Positions 28,512-43,528 of a stretch of 64,000 bases of DNA are shown one piece after another. The notes below the pieces were generated by a model. That model ran no database searches. It had not been told where the DNA came from and saw only the letters and a list, made by a program, of their open reading frames with translations. Position numbers and translations under genes: made by a program. The DNA lies in the NCBI RefSeq assembly GCF_009834535.1, contig NC_045705.1, positions 65,472,001-65,536,000 of the forward strand, in the 5' to 3' direction. This DNA comes from Camelus ferus (taxonomy: Eukaryota). How positions within the stretch are numbered: the stretch's first letter is position 1; the number at the start of each line of letters is the position of its first letter.

Positions 28512-28776
28512 TTTGGCGACTGAAAAGAAACCAACCAACCAGGCTTGTAAAAGAAATACTCTGGGAGAAAGGGGATCAGGAATGGGTGGCGGGCCGGGGA
28601 CAACCGTAGGTGGCCTCGGAGTCTCACGTGGGTAAGGCCGAGCCGGCCAGAGAAGTCCGATGGGGACCGGCCCGGCCCACAGAACAGCCTCTCTTCCTCT
28701 ATTCTTCACACGCCCTCCAACCTCGAGCTCAGCCTGCTATTAAGCCCTCCGGCTCCGGCCATGGCCCATATCTTAC

Positions 28777-29046
28777 CTGAACCGTGGCCACCACTGCCGC
28801 TACCGCAAAGATGGAGTCGAGAAAGAGGAAGGAGCGAGAACGCAAACGTCCTCTCCGTCTGCGGCGTGCTACGTCACTACTGAGCGACCTCCTAGGCCTC
28901 GGAATTTTGTGCCGCCTACGGCCGCCCTGGCCCCGCCTCTTTATGCTTTACGCAGGCGCTCTCTCGGTCCCGGGCAGTGCGAACAGGAAGGGGTGGGGCC
29001 AGGCGGGTTGCGCTCGCAGAAAGCTAGTGTGCGGGAGCAGTTCAAG

Positions 29047-29050
<4 letters not shown>
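28777..29050. promoter_or_regulatory. Bidirectional FAU/MRPL49 promoter with the FAU 5'TOP/TCT pyrimidine tract
   Basis: Minus-strand CTCCTTCCTCTTTCTC at 28819-28834; YY1-type AAGATGG at 28808-28814 and 29044-29050; head-to-head genes about 200 bp apart. Confidence 0.75.
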
Positions 29051-31488
<2,438 letters not shown>

Positions 31489-33755
31489 AGCCCAGCTGAA
31501 CATCTTGCAAGACAGCATTCCCCTCAGACTGGAGTCCTGGGGATCTCAAGAGGAGGGAGGTGGGTGTTGGAGCAACTAGGACAGGGGGTGCAGAGACCGG
31601 GGCTGAGGGCTTTGGAGCCGGCCTTGCTTGCATAAAGGAGGAAATGTGACTGCATAGATGCCAGCACTGGGAGAGGGCTGTCTAACCCAGGGGACCCACC
31701 AGGCACAGCCAAGCTAGTGGGGGGCATTAATTGCTGCACCACCACCACCACCACATGCACACTTTGGTGTAGTCCTGCCTTCCTTTCATTGGAGCTCCTT
31801 AGACTCAGCATTTCAATTTTAGAGGCTGTTGACTGCTCCTCTGGTGGAAGCAATAGCCGAACCCAGTTTATGGGAGGGTAGCAGAGGGCAGACCTGTTGG
31901 GCACATTCCTTCATTGGCCCTCAGACCCTCACTGCTGCAAAAATCCCTGAACCCTTGCTCTAGGTCAGACCTTGCTTGGTAGAGGCTACAGCAAACACAA
32001 GATGACTCAGACGTGGGTCCTGCATGTCTTCAGTTCCAAGTGCAGTGCTGGGCATGGCAGCCCCTGGGCTTGTTGCTTCTACCCATGGAGAGGTTGAAAG
32101 GCCAGTCATCTCTATTCCATTCCAGACTGGAGTGGGGCCTGACTGGGTTTCCAGCTCCAGGAAGCTAAGTGATTAGCTTTAGCTGGCCTGCCCACAAGAG
32201 GGTGCTTGAGAGCTAGCAGCCCAGCACAGGGCCATCCTTCCCAGCTTGCTGACCTAGTATCAAGGCTGGACAGGGTGGTTGCAGGCAGGAAGAAATGTCC
32301 TTTTGTCTGTGCCATCCCATTCCACCCCAGCCTAGGAACCGTCATACTTGCCCCATCCTTGGAGTCTCAAGGGCCAAAGGCCTGAGTTCCCATCCTACCT
32401 TAGCATCAAACTGGCTAGAAGGGGGTTCAGAGCCTGACTCCCCTAAGCAGGGTACTTAATCTTTCTGGGGTTCAGTTTCTTAATATGTAAAATGGGTGTA
32501 TCTTCCTAATACCATAATATTCAAGTGTCCCCAAGGACAGTGCTGGCTTGTATAAATAAACCCTCACTCCTGGAGATTCCAGGCCACTCTCAAGTTTACA
32601 GCCTGAGTCAGGAAAAGGAGCTGGCACACTGATTCTACCACACCAGTTTCACCGGTCATTAATGCAAGTTTTTATTTGGCTGTATATACAATTTAAGCTA
32701 TTAAAATTTGTACAATATTTACAAATTAAATAATCGTCTCAAAACTGTCTCCAGCAACTCCTGTAACACAAAACCAAGGGAGAAAAGACGGGCAGGCAAG
32801 GCCTCAGCTCCTGTGGTCCCTACCTGGCCCAGAGCCTTTTCTAAACTGGAAAGGCCAGGAGTTCGGCACTGCTGCTCCCTGTTTCTGGGGTCAAGCATTC
32901 AAATTCAAAATTTAAGCCAAAAGACAATAGCAAGGAATTCTTCTAAACTCAAGAAAAGTTCTGTAAGTTAAGAAGTGGCCTTCTGTAGGTGCCAGGGCTT
33001 GCAATGGTTCAGCAGCAGACACACGAGCCCTCAGCCTGGAGTGCGGCTGCACAGTGGCTGCTGGGCAAGACCAGGGACAATCTCACCTCCGACAAACTGC
33101 AGGGAGAGAAGGGCCTGGGGTGGAGGGGCAGAGCAGGGCCCCTTGGTGCTGCCCACCTGCTCCTCCGCCCCCGGGCACTCCTTTCCCTGAGTTGTGTGGT
33201 TACCAGTAAGACATGGAAATGCCACAGGGCACAAGGGGCACAGCCACCACCACAAAGGGCAACTGGGGACTATAAGGTAAGAGAAAGACATTGGTTTTGG
33301 TGGGTGGGCCAGGAAGCAAATTCCTAGCCTACCTCCAGCCCCTTGAGTCCACAGTTGGGAACAGGAGCTAATACTGTTCGGCACTGCAGCGTGACTCCAC
33401 ACACAAGCAGGGCTCAGAGGGGCACCCATTCTCCCAAAAAGTAGGGGGTCAGAAAGCTTCTCAGAGGCTGCCCCTTTCTGCCTTCATGGCCCCAGCAGAA
33501 CATAGGGCTGAAGGGTTGGAGAAGGCGGCTGGAACTGACCCAAGATCCCCATGGCTGCCCAGGACTGTAAGGGCTGGAGTCAGCTGGGGCCTCAGGCCTC
33601 TTTCCACTTGGTCTAGGGGGTGCCACCTCCTCTGTCTCAGAGCTGGGGGTTACTACTCCCTGGTGCAGACTTAGGGAGCTGGCACTTGGTGGCAGGACGT
33701 GTTCCAGCAAGGGCTGCTCAAGAGAGTGAGGGCAGGAGCCAGGACTGGGGCAGTG

Positions 33756-36700
33756 TCAGTGGGCAACAGGGGACTCCAGCTTTTGTAGGCGACGGCGACG
33801 GAGCTCTGCTGCATCAGGCTCCCCGTCCTCAGGCAGCTCCTCAGTGCCCACTGACTCAGGAGCTGAGAACAGAAAGGTCCAGAAGTGGAACCTGGAAAAG
33901 TCCCCTGCCATACCCCACTGCAGGGTGACCGCAACTACCTGGAGGCTTTTCAGGTTCAGGGGCTGGTGGGGAGGCTCCTGGGGACGGGGTGGTGGCCTCA
34001 GAGTTGGGGATGCTGGTGGACGAGGCAGCAGTGGCAGCTGTAGGGGCAGTCTCCTCAGTGGGGTTGGCTGAGGTGGCAGGCCTGGGGGGCCTAGGAAGAG
34101 AAGGGACAAGAGGAGGGCCTTGGCATCCTGGCATGACTGGACAGACTCTGCCCTTGGTGAGCCTTGCAGGATGGAGTACAGCACTGTTGTGCCTCTGCAG
34201 CCCCAGTGACCAGCAGACAAATAAACACATGTATGAATACTTGTTATCTATAGATGGATTGTAAACCACTTACAGGCAGGGCCTGTTGGCCTTGTTCACC
34301 ATTACACTGTAGAGTCTCCACTGTGAGATGCCAGGCACCTTACAGGGTATCAACTCAGCTAAGACAGTCCACTGAATAAAACACAAAGCACACAAGTCTC
34401 AGACTCAAGCTCCCCTCCAAGCCTGTGCTGTGACTGCTGGGTGCCAGGCACTTTGCACACGTCACCTATGAACAGGAATTAGTACTCTATTCAAATAAGG
34501 TAGTGAAGGTCACAAAGCAAGTGAGTGATGGGGCCAGGACTTGAACTCGGATCAGGCTGGCTCTAAGTGACTTTACTTGCTATCTTACTAGATCGGGGCA
34601 GTGATTCCCAAAGTGTCATCCTGTGTCAGAGGGTGCACGAGATAAAGTACTGAGAACTACGAGTCATTTGACTTCAGAAAAACATAAAGGAAAAAGATTC
34701 AAAGTCAGCTCTCTAATAAACACCACTCCTCCTTAGGTGCAGATTGCCCTTCTGCAGTGGGAGAATAAAAAAGCACAGGAACACTGACACCTTGGCTGTA
34801 CCTACAGATAGGATGCCTGGATCAACAGATGTCATAGGGTGGCAGAAGAGAAAAAGGCCAAGAACCACTGCCAGGGGCCTTCTCTTGGCAGCTCCACACC
34901 CCCATTGCCCACCCTAGGCCCCTGTGCAGACGTACCCCAGGGAGGCAAGCACGGTGAGGTACTGGTTGATCTGCAGCATAGCGGCATCCAGCAGCGTGTG
35001 GATGTTGCGCAGGCTCTGTAGGCGAGCCTCCAGGTGCTGCCGCTCATGGCCTTCCAGAGCCCGCAGCTCCTCCGGGGTCAGCCCAGCAAAGCCGGCAGGA
35101 GGCACAGGCATTGGGGGGAAGGCTGGAGAGAGGGAGAGGCTCAGCCTGGGTTGCCTGGGCCTGACACCCCCCACCTCCCAAAAGAACCTCGAGAGTGGCC
35201 CAGCTTACCAAAGGGTGGAGGCAGGGGCATGCCCATCCAGGGAGGAGGGAAGGGGAAGCCTGGGGCGGGGCCGGCTTCAGGGGTGGAGGCAGAGCCAGGT
35301 GCCGGGGTAGAGGCAGCAGAAGCAGCTGTGGTTGTGGCTGCTCCACTGGGCCGAGAAAGGGCTGCTGAAGAGCAAGAACAGGAAGTCAGTAAGTGTTGAG
35401 AGGCCTCTGCTTCCATCCCTCCCACCCCCTGGGGCCGGCACAATACCCAAAAGGCTCACCTGTGCTGGTGGACGGAGGGGCCACTGCCTCTCCTGAGCTG
35501 GGGGGAGGTGGAACAGGAGGAAAGGGGCCCATGGGGGGCCACAGCGGGAACATGCCTGGAGGAAAGGGAGGCAGGAGGCCCTGGGGGACTGCAGAGGGAG
35601 GACAGGGGGTGGTGAGAAAAGGTCCAAACTGAGTTAGATCCAAATCATAGGCAAGGGACTAGTTGATGGGGCTCGGGCCTCTCCTCCCGCAGGCCCTCTC
35701 TGAGCTCAGCACTCACCACACATGACTGCAATCATCTGTCTCTTCCTGTGACATCCCCCACCCACCCCCGGCAGATTGAGCTTCTAGAAGGCAGGGACTC
35801 TGATTCACCTCAGTATTTCCCATACCCAGCCCAGGGCAAGTACTCAACAGTGTTGTGCTGGATGGCCAAATGAGGGGGCCACTCACAGTTGGGGGGCTGG
35901 GGCAGGAGTGGTGGGGGGTGGGGAGCCTGTGGTGGCCCCTGATCTGCAGGTTCAGGGGGCGGTGGTGACTGGGTTGGCAGCGATGCCCGGAGGACGTCCA
36001 TACGGCAGGTGGGGCAGGTCTGCTGCCGCTGGAACCAGGAGCGCAGGCAGCTGGGGGCCAAGACCAGGCAATGCTTAGCAGGTCTGCCTTCCAGAGCCTC
36101 TCCTCTGACATGCAGGCTCCTCAGGGCATCTCCCACCTGGTATGGAAAATGTGGTTGCAGGGCAGTCTCTTGGCACCAGTCACCATCTCTTCTCGGCAGA
36201 TGATGCAGACGTTGTCCATTGCCTGGAGTTCCTCTGGGGTGGCATCTGGATACCTGGTTAGGACAGGCCGAGGACACGTCGAGACCAGAGCTGAAGGCAG
36301 GGCACTGGGGCAGAGCCTGGGAGAGCAGCTAGGACAGGCCCACTTACAGTGTGTTCATGTTGCGGATGGCTCGGCGAGACATAATGGCGTCTGTCACAGC
36401 TTTCTTGAACTGCCTGAAAGGACAGTTTCAGTAGAAGCAGGGAGAGGTAGGGGAGGAGTCAGAGGTGTGGCAGGGCAGGACTAGGCTCACCTCATGGCCA
36501 GGTACATAGGCCGGATGGCAAAGAGAGGGAAAGTGTGCACCTTGATCATGATGGTCATGAAAGCCATGTACAGCAGAACCTTGATGAAGCCTGTGGGGCA
36601 GGGGATGCAGAAAGCAGCAAGTCATAGGACCTGGTAGGACCTGGGGCTGGGGACACTGGTCCAGGTCAGGAGAGGCCCAGGCTCCTCTCACCTGTAAAGA

Positions 36701-38880
36701 GCTCCGTGTAGAGCATGTACACGGCCTTATTGTCCCAAGGATTCTCACTCTGGAGGTCCACGGAGTGCAGCACGTACTTGATGAAAATGGTGAGCACCAT
36801 AGTCATCAGGATGGCGTACTGGAGGGAGGGGGTGGGATGGGAGGACATGAGAACGCAGCCCGCTTGCTCCAGCCACACTCTGCTGTCCCCAGGCCTGTGC
36901 ACAGCAGAGTGCAGTGGTACAAGCACAGGCTGGGACACAGCCCAGGTACTGCTAGGTTTTTCACTCACTAGCTGGTGTGACGTTCAGCCACACACTGACC
37001 TCTCTGAACCTCAGTTTGCTTGTCAGAATTAACTGTTCCTTTATAACAGTGTTGCTTTGATGATTTTAAAAGAGATATAGGTCAAGTGCTCAGCCCAGGG
37101 CCTGGCACACAGTAAGCACTCAACAAACGTGAGCTGTTGCCAATGAACACGTTCTTTCTCTGCCAGGGACACACCTCCCCAGCTGTCCATCAAGCTAATT
37201 CCTTCTGTCCATCAATAGCCATCTCCTCTGGCAGCAACTTCCAGGAAGCCTTCCCTGAGGTCAGGGCCCCTCCTCCACACACGCTTCTTTCTATGCCTGC
37301 CTACTGTCCTAGCAGTGAGTGTGTAGAGGGCAGGGGCTGGGGCTGACTGATGGCTGCTCCTTGGTGGCCCACATGGGGCTGGCCACAGAGCAGGTACTCG
37401 GTAAAGGTTTGCTGAGTTATTCAAGGCACATGCAGTGCCACCTCAGGCTTGTCCTCCCAACCTCCCAAGCCAATTTTACCTCAAAGCCAAACACCAGCTG
37501 CACAGAGGCCCCACGGGTCAGGATGCTGTGATAGGCATGGCTGACGAAGAGGAAGTCCAGGATACCCAGGAGGAACATAAGGGCTGTGGGGACCCCCCCA
37601 AATGGGAGGTTGGTGGGGGTCAGCCCAGGGCCTGACAGCCACTTCCTGCTCTAAGGCAGCTCCCACCCTCAAGCCCACCATGGCCCCAGCCATCTAGTCA
37701 GGTGGGCACACTCCATTGAACCCGGCCCCCTGGGAACTCCAGTTCTGCCTAGGGGCGGCCCAAGCTCCAGGTGAGGAGGCAAAGAGCTAAGGGGCCAGGC
37801 AGTTGAGAAGCCCTGGCGTGGAACAGGGCAGAGACGATGCAAATTAACTTCCTAAATTATCTTTCCTGTACAGCTGCGGGCTGAGGGGCAGCCTGTGCTC
37901 TACGGTACAGGTCCATGGTTAGTGACTTTTCAGGTTCCAGTCCTTCAAGGTGCCTCTTCTCCCTCCAGCTCCCTCCTTTCCACTCCCATGGGTCTCACTC
38001 ACAGACAATGCGGCAGTGAAAGAGCCAAGAGATATTGGGGCTGCGTTCCATCTGAGGTAGAGCAGAGAGGGAGCCCATCAGGAAGGCTGGGGATCACCCC
38101 TTATCCCCAACCCAGCCTTCACCCCACAAGCCAGCCCACTAGCCATTCCGGCCACTCCATGTGCTCCAGAGAACCCTGACCCAACTCACAAAGTCCACAC
38201 GATCCTCAGCCAGCCAGTGAAAACATTTGAGGAAGAGGAGGAGAGTGAAGAGCGCAACAAAGCGGGGGCTGAAGTCGTCCCGAAAGACCGTGAAGGCCAG
38301 ACAAGTCTCAGTGACAGCATACCAGGAACGTTCCAGAAGATGCTGGCATGGGGGGCAAGGAACGATGTGGAACTCAGACGTTCTGCTTGCCCAGCTTCCT
38401 ACCCCTCACCTTTGGGGCCAGGAACATCTTACCTCCATCTCTGCTGCCCTCAGCTGCCCAAAGAACACCTTGCCCATCACCTTGCCCAAGAGGAAGACAA
38501 GGACGAAAGCCTGGATGTACAGGACCTAGGAGTAAGGAGAGGCTATGGTCTGAGGTCGCTTTCTGCTTTGCTCTGCCTGGGGCTCATCATTCAGGAACCT
38601 CTCCACATCCCCATCACAATTTACTCAGGTAAGACTGGCAGCTACCTCACTTTTCTCCTACTTACCTGACCTCTAGCCCCACCCNNNNNNNNNNNNNNNN
38701 NNNNNNNNNNNNNNNNNNNNNNNNNNNNNNNNNNNNNNNNNNNNNNNNNNNNNNNNNNNNNNNNNNNNNNNNNNNNNNNNNNNNNNNNNNNNNNNNNNNN
38801 NNNNNNNNNNNNNNNNNNNNNNNNNNNNNNNNNNNNNNNNNNNNNNNNNNNNNNNNNNNNNNNNNNNNNNNNCGGAACAT
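33756..38880 (-). CDS. SYVN1: Synoviolin/HRD1, ERAD RING-H2 E3 ligase, about 611 aa
   Basis: ATG at 38880 (MFR, rest of the exon in N block; 132 nt assumed). Further exons 38433-38525, 38190-38342, 38003-38051, 37480-37583, 36692-36818, 36491-36590, 36348-36413, 36137-36253 (CIICREEMVTGAKRLPCNHIFH), 35887-36050, 35460-35588, 35209-35364, 34936-35122, 33939-34090 and 33756-33862. Non-coding exon 1 donor at 39733; AATAAA at 32671-32676. Confidence 0.96.
36900..37135 (-). mobile_element. MIR remnant in a SYVN1 intron (representative of many MIR/L2 remnants, e.g. near 21.1-21.9, 25.9-26.7, 30.6, 34.5, 41-42.1, 44.9 and 47.5 kb)
   Basis: Core motifs CTCTCTGAACCTCAGTTTGCT and CCTGGCACACAGTAAGCACTCAACAAA; individual boundaries not resolved. 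Confidence 0.6.
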
Positions 38881-40322
38881 TGCCCTGGCCTGGGGACCTG
38901 CATGAGGAAAGGAAAGAACTGTGTGATGCCCATACTGTGCAAACAGCACAGCGCCTGAAACGCAGTGTTAATAAACGGAAAGAAAAGCAAACCTCACTTC
39001 ATCCTCACCATCACCGCATCAAGAATAGCATATGCTCCCCATTTTACAAATAAGACCGAGACTCAAAGGGGTTAAGTGATCACACTGACGCAAAGCTTGG
39101 AGCCTGGGTCAGTCTGGTTTCAAATCTAGGGCTCTTTCCACGCGGCCTGCCAAACCGCCGCCTCTAGGGAAGAATGAGGAAAGGCAGCAGTGTGGGAGGA
39201 GGAGGGAACTGCTCCCACTGACCCTAAAGTGATGTGACGGAGTGGGATGCAAACGCAGAAATCTCCAGAAGCGGGAACGTGCTGCCTGGACTGGGAGAAG
39301 CTAAGGCGCTGGGGGGCGCAGCCGGGCAGGCGACAGCGCCGGTGACAGCTCTCCCAGGGTGGGCAGCTCCGACGCGCGCCCCGCGGGAGAGGGCGGGGAA
39401 CGTCAACCTGGAACCCTGGCACCCGTCAACCCCCGGGGCAGTGTCAACTAGGGACACCGGACAAACGGCCGACCACCCAGGATGCAGGAGCGGGTCGGAG
39501 AGGGACCCGGGTCGCCCCCGAGGCTACGCACTTAAAAGCGCCAGGAGCTGCGAGCGTCGCAGGCGGGGCCCAGCCTGTAGAAGAGCGGCCGCGCGGGCGC
39601 CTGTCTATCGCCAGCTGACAGGCCAAAAGCGGGCAGCGGGGCTAAGGGGGCACGCCGACCCTGGAGACCTCAAGGGAAAAGGTCCAAGTCCTGACTCCAA
39701 CCGCAATCCGGGCCCGACCCCGGCCCACTCACCAGGAGCCCAGCGCCGCTAGCCCGCTCAATCCCCGCGATTGCGGAGGCGGCTCCGGTTAACAACACTC
39801 CCCACCCCCTGCGAACCGGAACTTCGGGGGTGAGACACCTCACTTCCGGCGGAGGCGGGGCTGTGGGTCCTACCAAGTGCACCCTTCCCTTGCCAGCACA
39901 GCGCGCTCTCTGTGGTGCCGGGAGCGGTAGTTCCACCACCCATCTGGGGTTCGTGCCCACGGCTAGAGCAACAGATGCGAGAGGTCTGAGCGGACGACAG
40001 CTACCCCGAGAGGATTACAGTCCCCCTACTTGTTAGTCACAGATGGTATCGTCTTCGCCGCGGCGTGGACTCAACCTAGCTGAGACATCCCGCTCCCAAA
40101 GTGGCTGGTAGGTGGGGCTTCGTGCGGGCCGTACCATTTGGAGGGGGGAGTATGCAAGGGACGGACTTACAGACATAAGAGAAATAAAATGTGTTAGAAA
40201 TTCATTACAAGGGGTTTCACAACAGTTCGACAAATAAGATGCTTTCTAAGAGAACTGGATTTACAAAAGGAAATTTTGTCTCCTTGATCACCCCTAAATA
40301 GTGTGGGAGTGAGTTGGGTCCC

Positions 40323-40366
40323 CGTGGCTGCTACTGATTGGTAGAAATAGAGTTACGCGGACCAAT
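40323..40366 (-). promoter_or_regulatory. ER-stress elements upstream of SYVN1: ERSE and UPRE-II
   Basis: Exact ERSE CCAAT-CAGTAGCAG-CCACG (40323-40341) and ATTGGTCCGCGT (40355-40366) on the minus strand, about 0.5 kb upstream of exon 1. HRD1 is an established UPR target. Confidence 0.85.
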
Positions 40367-42139
40367 AAGAAAAAGAAAGGAAATTTGCTGGCCTATAGGA
40401 AGAGAATAACAGGTGAGCGGTTGCTAGGGGCGGAAAGTAGCGTTGCCTAGGATCTAACCCACGTGCCAGAGAGTAGGGAAGGCTCAATCTGTGGGTGGAT
40501 GCTTAGAGTCAGCCCCGGGGAACGTTTGCTGCGCAGCGAAAGGGAGGTGTGCCTGGGACTGAGAAGACAGACCTTTAATTCTGGCTAATCTTGGGATAAG
40601 AGTGTTTTATGCAAAGGAATTGAGTTCAACGCCACTTGTCCGCACCCCTCCGCAAGCCTACAGCTTTGCTGTCTTTGTATCATTAAGTCTTGGGCCGGAG
40701 CTTGGGCTGTGCTGCTTCAGTCTGTGTCTCGCTTGCAGCCAACCCGTTCATTGACAGGATGGAGTTAATGCACCCACTTTGTGCCTTTCGTTTTCCTCCG
40801 TCATCTCATTTAATCATCAGTCATTGAAATGTATGAGCTAGGCGATACTATACTAATTTTATACGTGGGGCGGTTGAAGTTCAGAGATTTAACAAGTCCT
40901 GGGATTGGCATTGGGTCTGTCTGACTCTAAATTCCCGTACTGTTAGCCTCAGCCACCCTTACCACCACCTGTTGACCTGAACTGGCAGGACCAGTTTAGC
41001 TTGTAATCTGTCACTAAGTTGGCTCTCCTATAAGGCCATCTATGACTTTCTAGTGACTACATCCAGTGGCCAGCTTTCACTTCTTGCCTGACTCAACTTC
41101 TTCTTAAAAGTCTCCTCCCTGATCTTCTGTGATCTCACATGCCTCTGCTTTTTCCCCTAGCCATGCACCTGCCCCCTTCCTCTGCCCTTCCTTTTATTTA
41201 AATGTGTTGTCCACATTGTTCCCTTCTGAACGCTTTTCTTGAATGGTGCTCTCTGCTCCTATGGTTTCAATACTCCCACTCAGTTGTTGATGACTCCCAT
41301 GTCAGGTCTTCAGCTGGGATCTCTCCTGCTTTTTAAAACAATTCAGTGTCCCTAGTCCTCCGCTCCAACCCTAGTCCAGAAACCTGGGCATCACACTCAC
41401 CTTCTCCCTCTCCATCTGCCCCCACATCCAAACTGGTAATTAAGTCATTTATTCAATTGTCTACAAATATGTATCCCATGACACCTGTTCTAGTAATTTA
41501 GAATGTCAGTGAACAAAGCAAAGGTCTTTTTGCCTTTGTGGTGACAATAAACAGTATACACAACATAAGTGCATTATCTAGTATGTTAGAAGGTACTAAG
41601 TGCTGTAGGGGAAAAGTAGAACAGAACAAAGGGGACCAAGAGTGTGGTGGGGTGCTCGAAGCAGTTTGCAGTATCAACAAGAAAGTGACATTTGACCAAA
41701 CAACTGAAGGAGGTGAGGGCATGAGACAAGTGGATGTCTGGGTAAAGAGTTGGAGCTAGGTAAGGGTGAACTGGTCTTGGTTTGTTGGAGGAGGTCAGTG
41801 TGGCTGGAATAGAAATAGCAAAAGAGTGAGTAGTAGGAAAGATGGTTTTGGCCATTACAGGGACTTTGACTTTTACTCAGTGACATGAGGAGTCATTGGA
41901 GGGTGCTGAGTAGAGGCTCCAGCTCCTGTGTTATAGGATGTAGTGGGGCAGGGGGCAAGGATGGGAGCAGGGGGCTTAGTTAGGAAGCTGTTGCAGTACA
42001 TTGGGTAAGATATAAAGTTCTATTTAGTCTACATCCTGAATGTCTCTAGGATTCATTCTTTCTTGTCCATCTTCATCTCCTGGTCCTAGTTCAGACCATC
42101 ATCATCATCTCATGCCTAGGCAAATGCAACAGTCACCTA

Positions 42140-43430
42140 ACTTAATTTAAAATCTGACATAAAAAATTTAATATACTACTTACATAGCATCAAAAATACC
42201 AAATGTTTAATGACAAAATTTAATTTAGAAATATGCAAGACCTGTAAACTGAAAAGTACAAAACATTGCCAAGAGAAATTAAAATTCTAAATGGAGAGAT
42301 ATAGTGTGTCTGTGGATCAGAACACCTAATACTTTTATGTTGCCAGTAAAATAGAGAAGATTAACAAAGTTCAAAGCTGGTTCTTTAAATAAGCTAACAG
42401 GCAAATTTCTAGCAAGACTGATCAAAAACATGAAGTTAAGGCAAAAATAAACAATATAATTAATGAAAAAGGGAGATACTAAGGGTGTAGTGGTTGTGAT
42501 TTTATGGCAATAGATTTGAAAACTTAGATGGAATGAATTTCCTAGAAAACAAAATACATGTTAAAACTGACGCAACACTAAATAGAAAACATGAATAGAC
42601 CAATAAATATTTTTAAGATGACCCAGCGGTTAACTCCATCCCTCCTCCAGGGACTGTTGATTATCCATGTTGAAAATAACTAGATTCCTACTTCACACTG
42701 TACATAAAAATCAATTCTAGGAAAAACTGCTTCACTTAAATGTTACAAATTAAAAATTTTAAACTCTCAGAAGAAAATATAGAGGAGGGTGGGAGGCTAT
42801 AGCTCAGTGGTAGAGTGTGTGCTTAGCTTGCATGAGGTCCTGGGTTCAATCTCCATTCAATTTTTTTCTTTTCAGATAAGAAAAAACATTTTAAAAATAA
42901 GAAAAAATATAAAGGATATGAGGCAAGGAGTAATTTCTTTTAAAAGGCACACAGCAAACACAAACCATAAAGGAAAATATAGATAAATTTATGTTAAAAT
43001 ATAAAATTTCTGTGCACTAAAAGGTTTCATAAACAGGATTAACAGTGGACACGAGGAATCATACTGGGCTGATGGAAATGTTCTAAAGCTGATTTATGAT
43101 GATGGTTGCACAACTGGGTAAATTTACTAAAAACTCATTGAATCGTACACTTGAAGTGAAATGATATATGTAAAATATGCCTCAATAAAATTGTATATTT
43201 TTTAAAAACTTAAAAGATTCCATAAACAAAGCAAAACAATGTATGACAGATTGGGAGAAGACTAAGGTTAAGTATCCAGAACATAAAAGGATTTCAATAA
43301 GAAAAGACGACACAAAAGAAAAATAGTAAAAGGTTATACACAGGTAAATAGGAACTTTAATGGCTACAAAACTTGAAAAGATGCTCATCCTCACCAATAA
43401 TTAGGGAAATGAATGTTCAAACAAGAATGA
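42140..43430 (+). mobile_element. Fragmented old L1M ORF2/3' remnants
   Basis: A-rich strand with L1 ORF2-like passages (AAATATGCAAGACCTGTAAACTGAAAAG..., TTCCTACTTCACACTGTACATAAAAATCAATTC), interrupted by a SINE. Boundaries are approximate. Confidence 0.65.
42788..42857 (+). mobile_element. tRNA-derived SINE head, truncated (camelid Vic-1-like)
   Basis: A box TAGCTCAGTGGTAGAG and B box GGTTCAATCTCC; same family as the other short SINEs here. Confidence 0.75.
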
Positions 43431-43440
43431 GATATAATTG

Positions 43441-43528
43441 TGTTGTTAATGGAGGTACTGGGGGTTGAACCTAGGACCTCGTGCATGCTAAGCACGTGCT
43501 ATACCACTGAGCTATACCCTCCCCCCAC
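43441..43528 (-). mobile_element. tRNA-derived SINE (Vic-1-like) with a 12-bp TSD
   Basis: Reverse complement reads GGGGGAGGGTATAGCTCAGTGGTATAGCACG...GGTTCAACCCCCAGTACCTCC; flanked by TGAGATATAATT at 43428-43439 and 43529-43540. Confidence 0.85.

Noticed and set aside
31737-31754. (CAC)6 in the MRPL49 3'UTR and the poly-Val/His ORFs reading through it
   Set aside because: A short microsatellite in a UTR; the ORFs have no other support.
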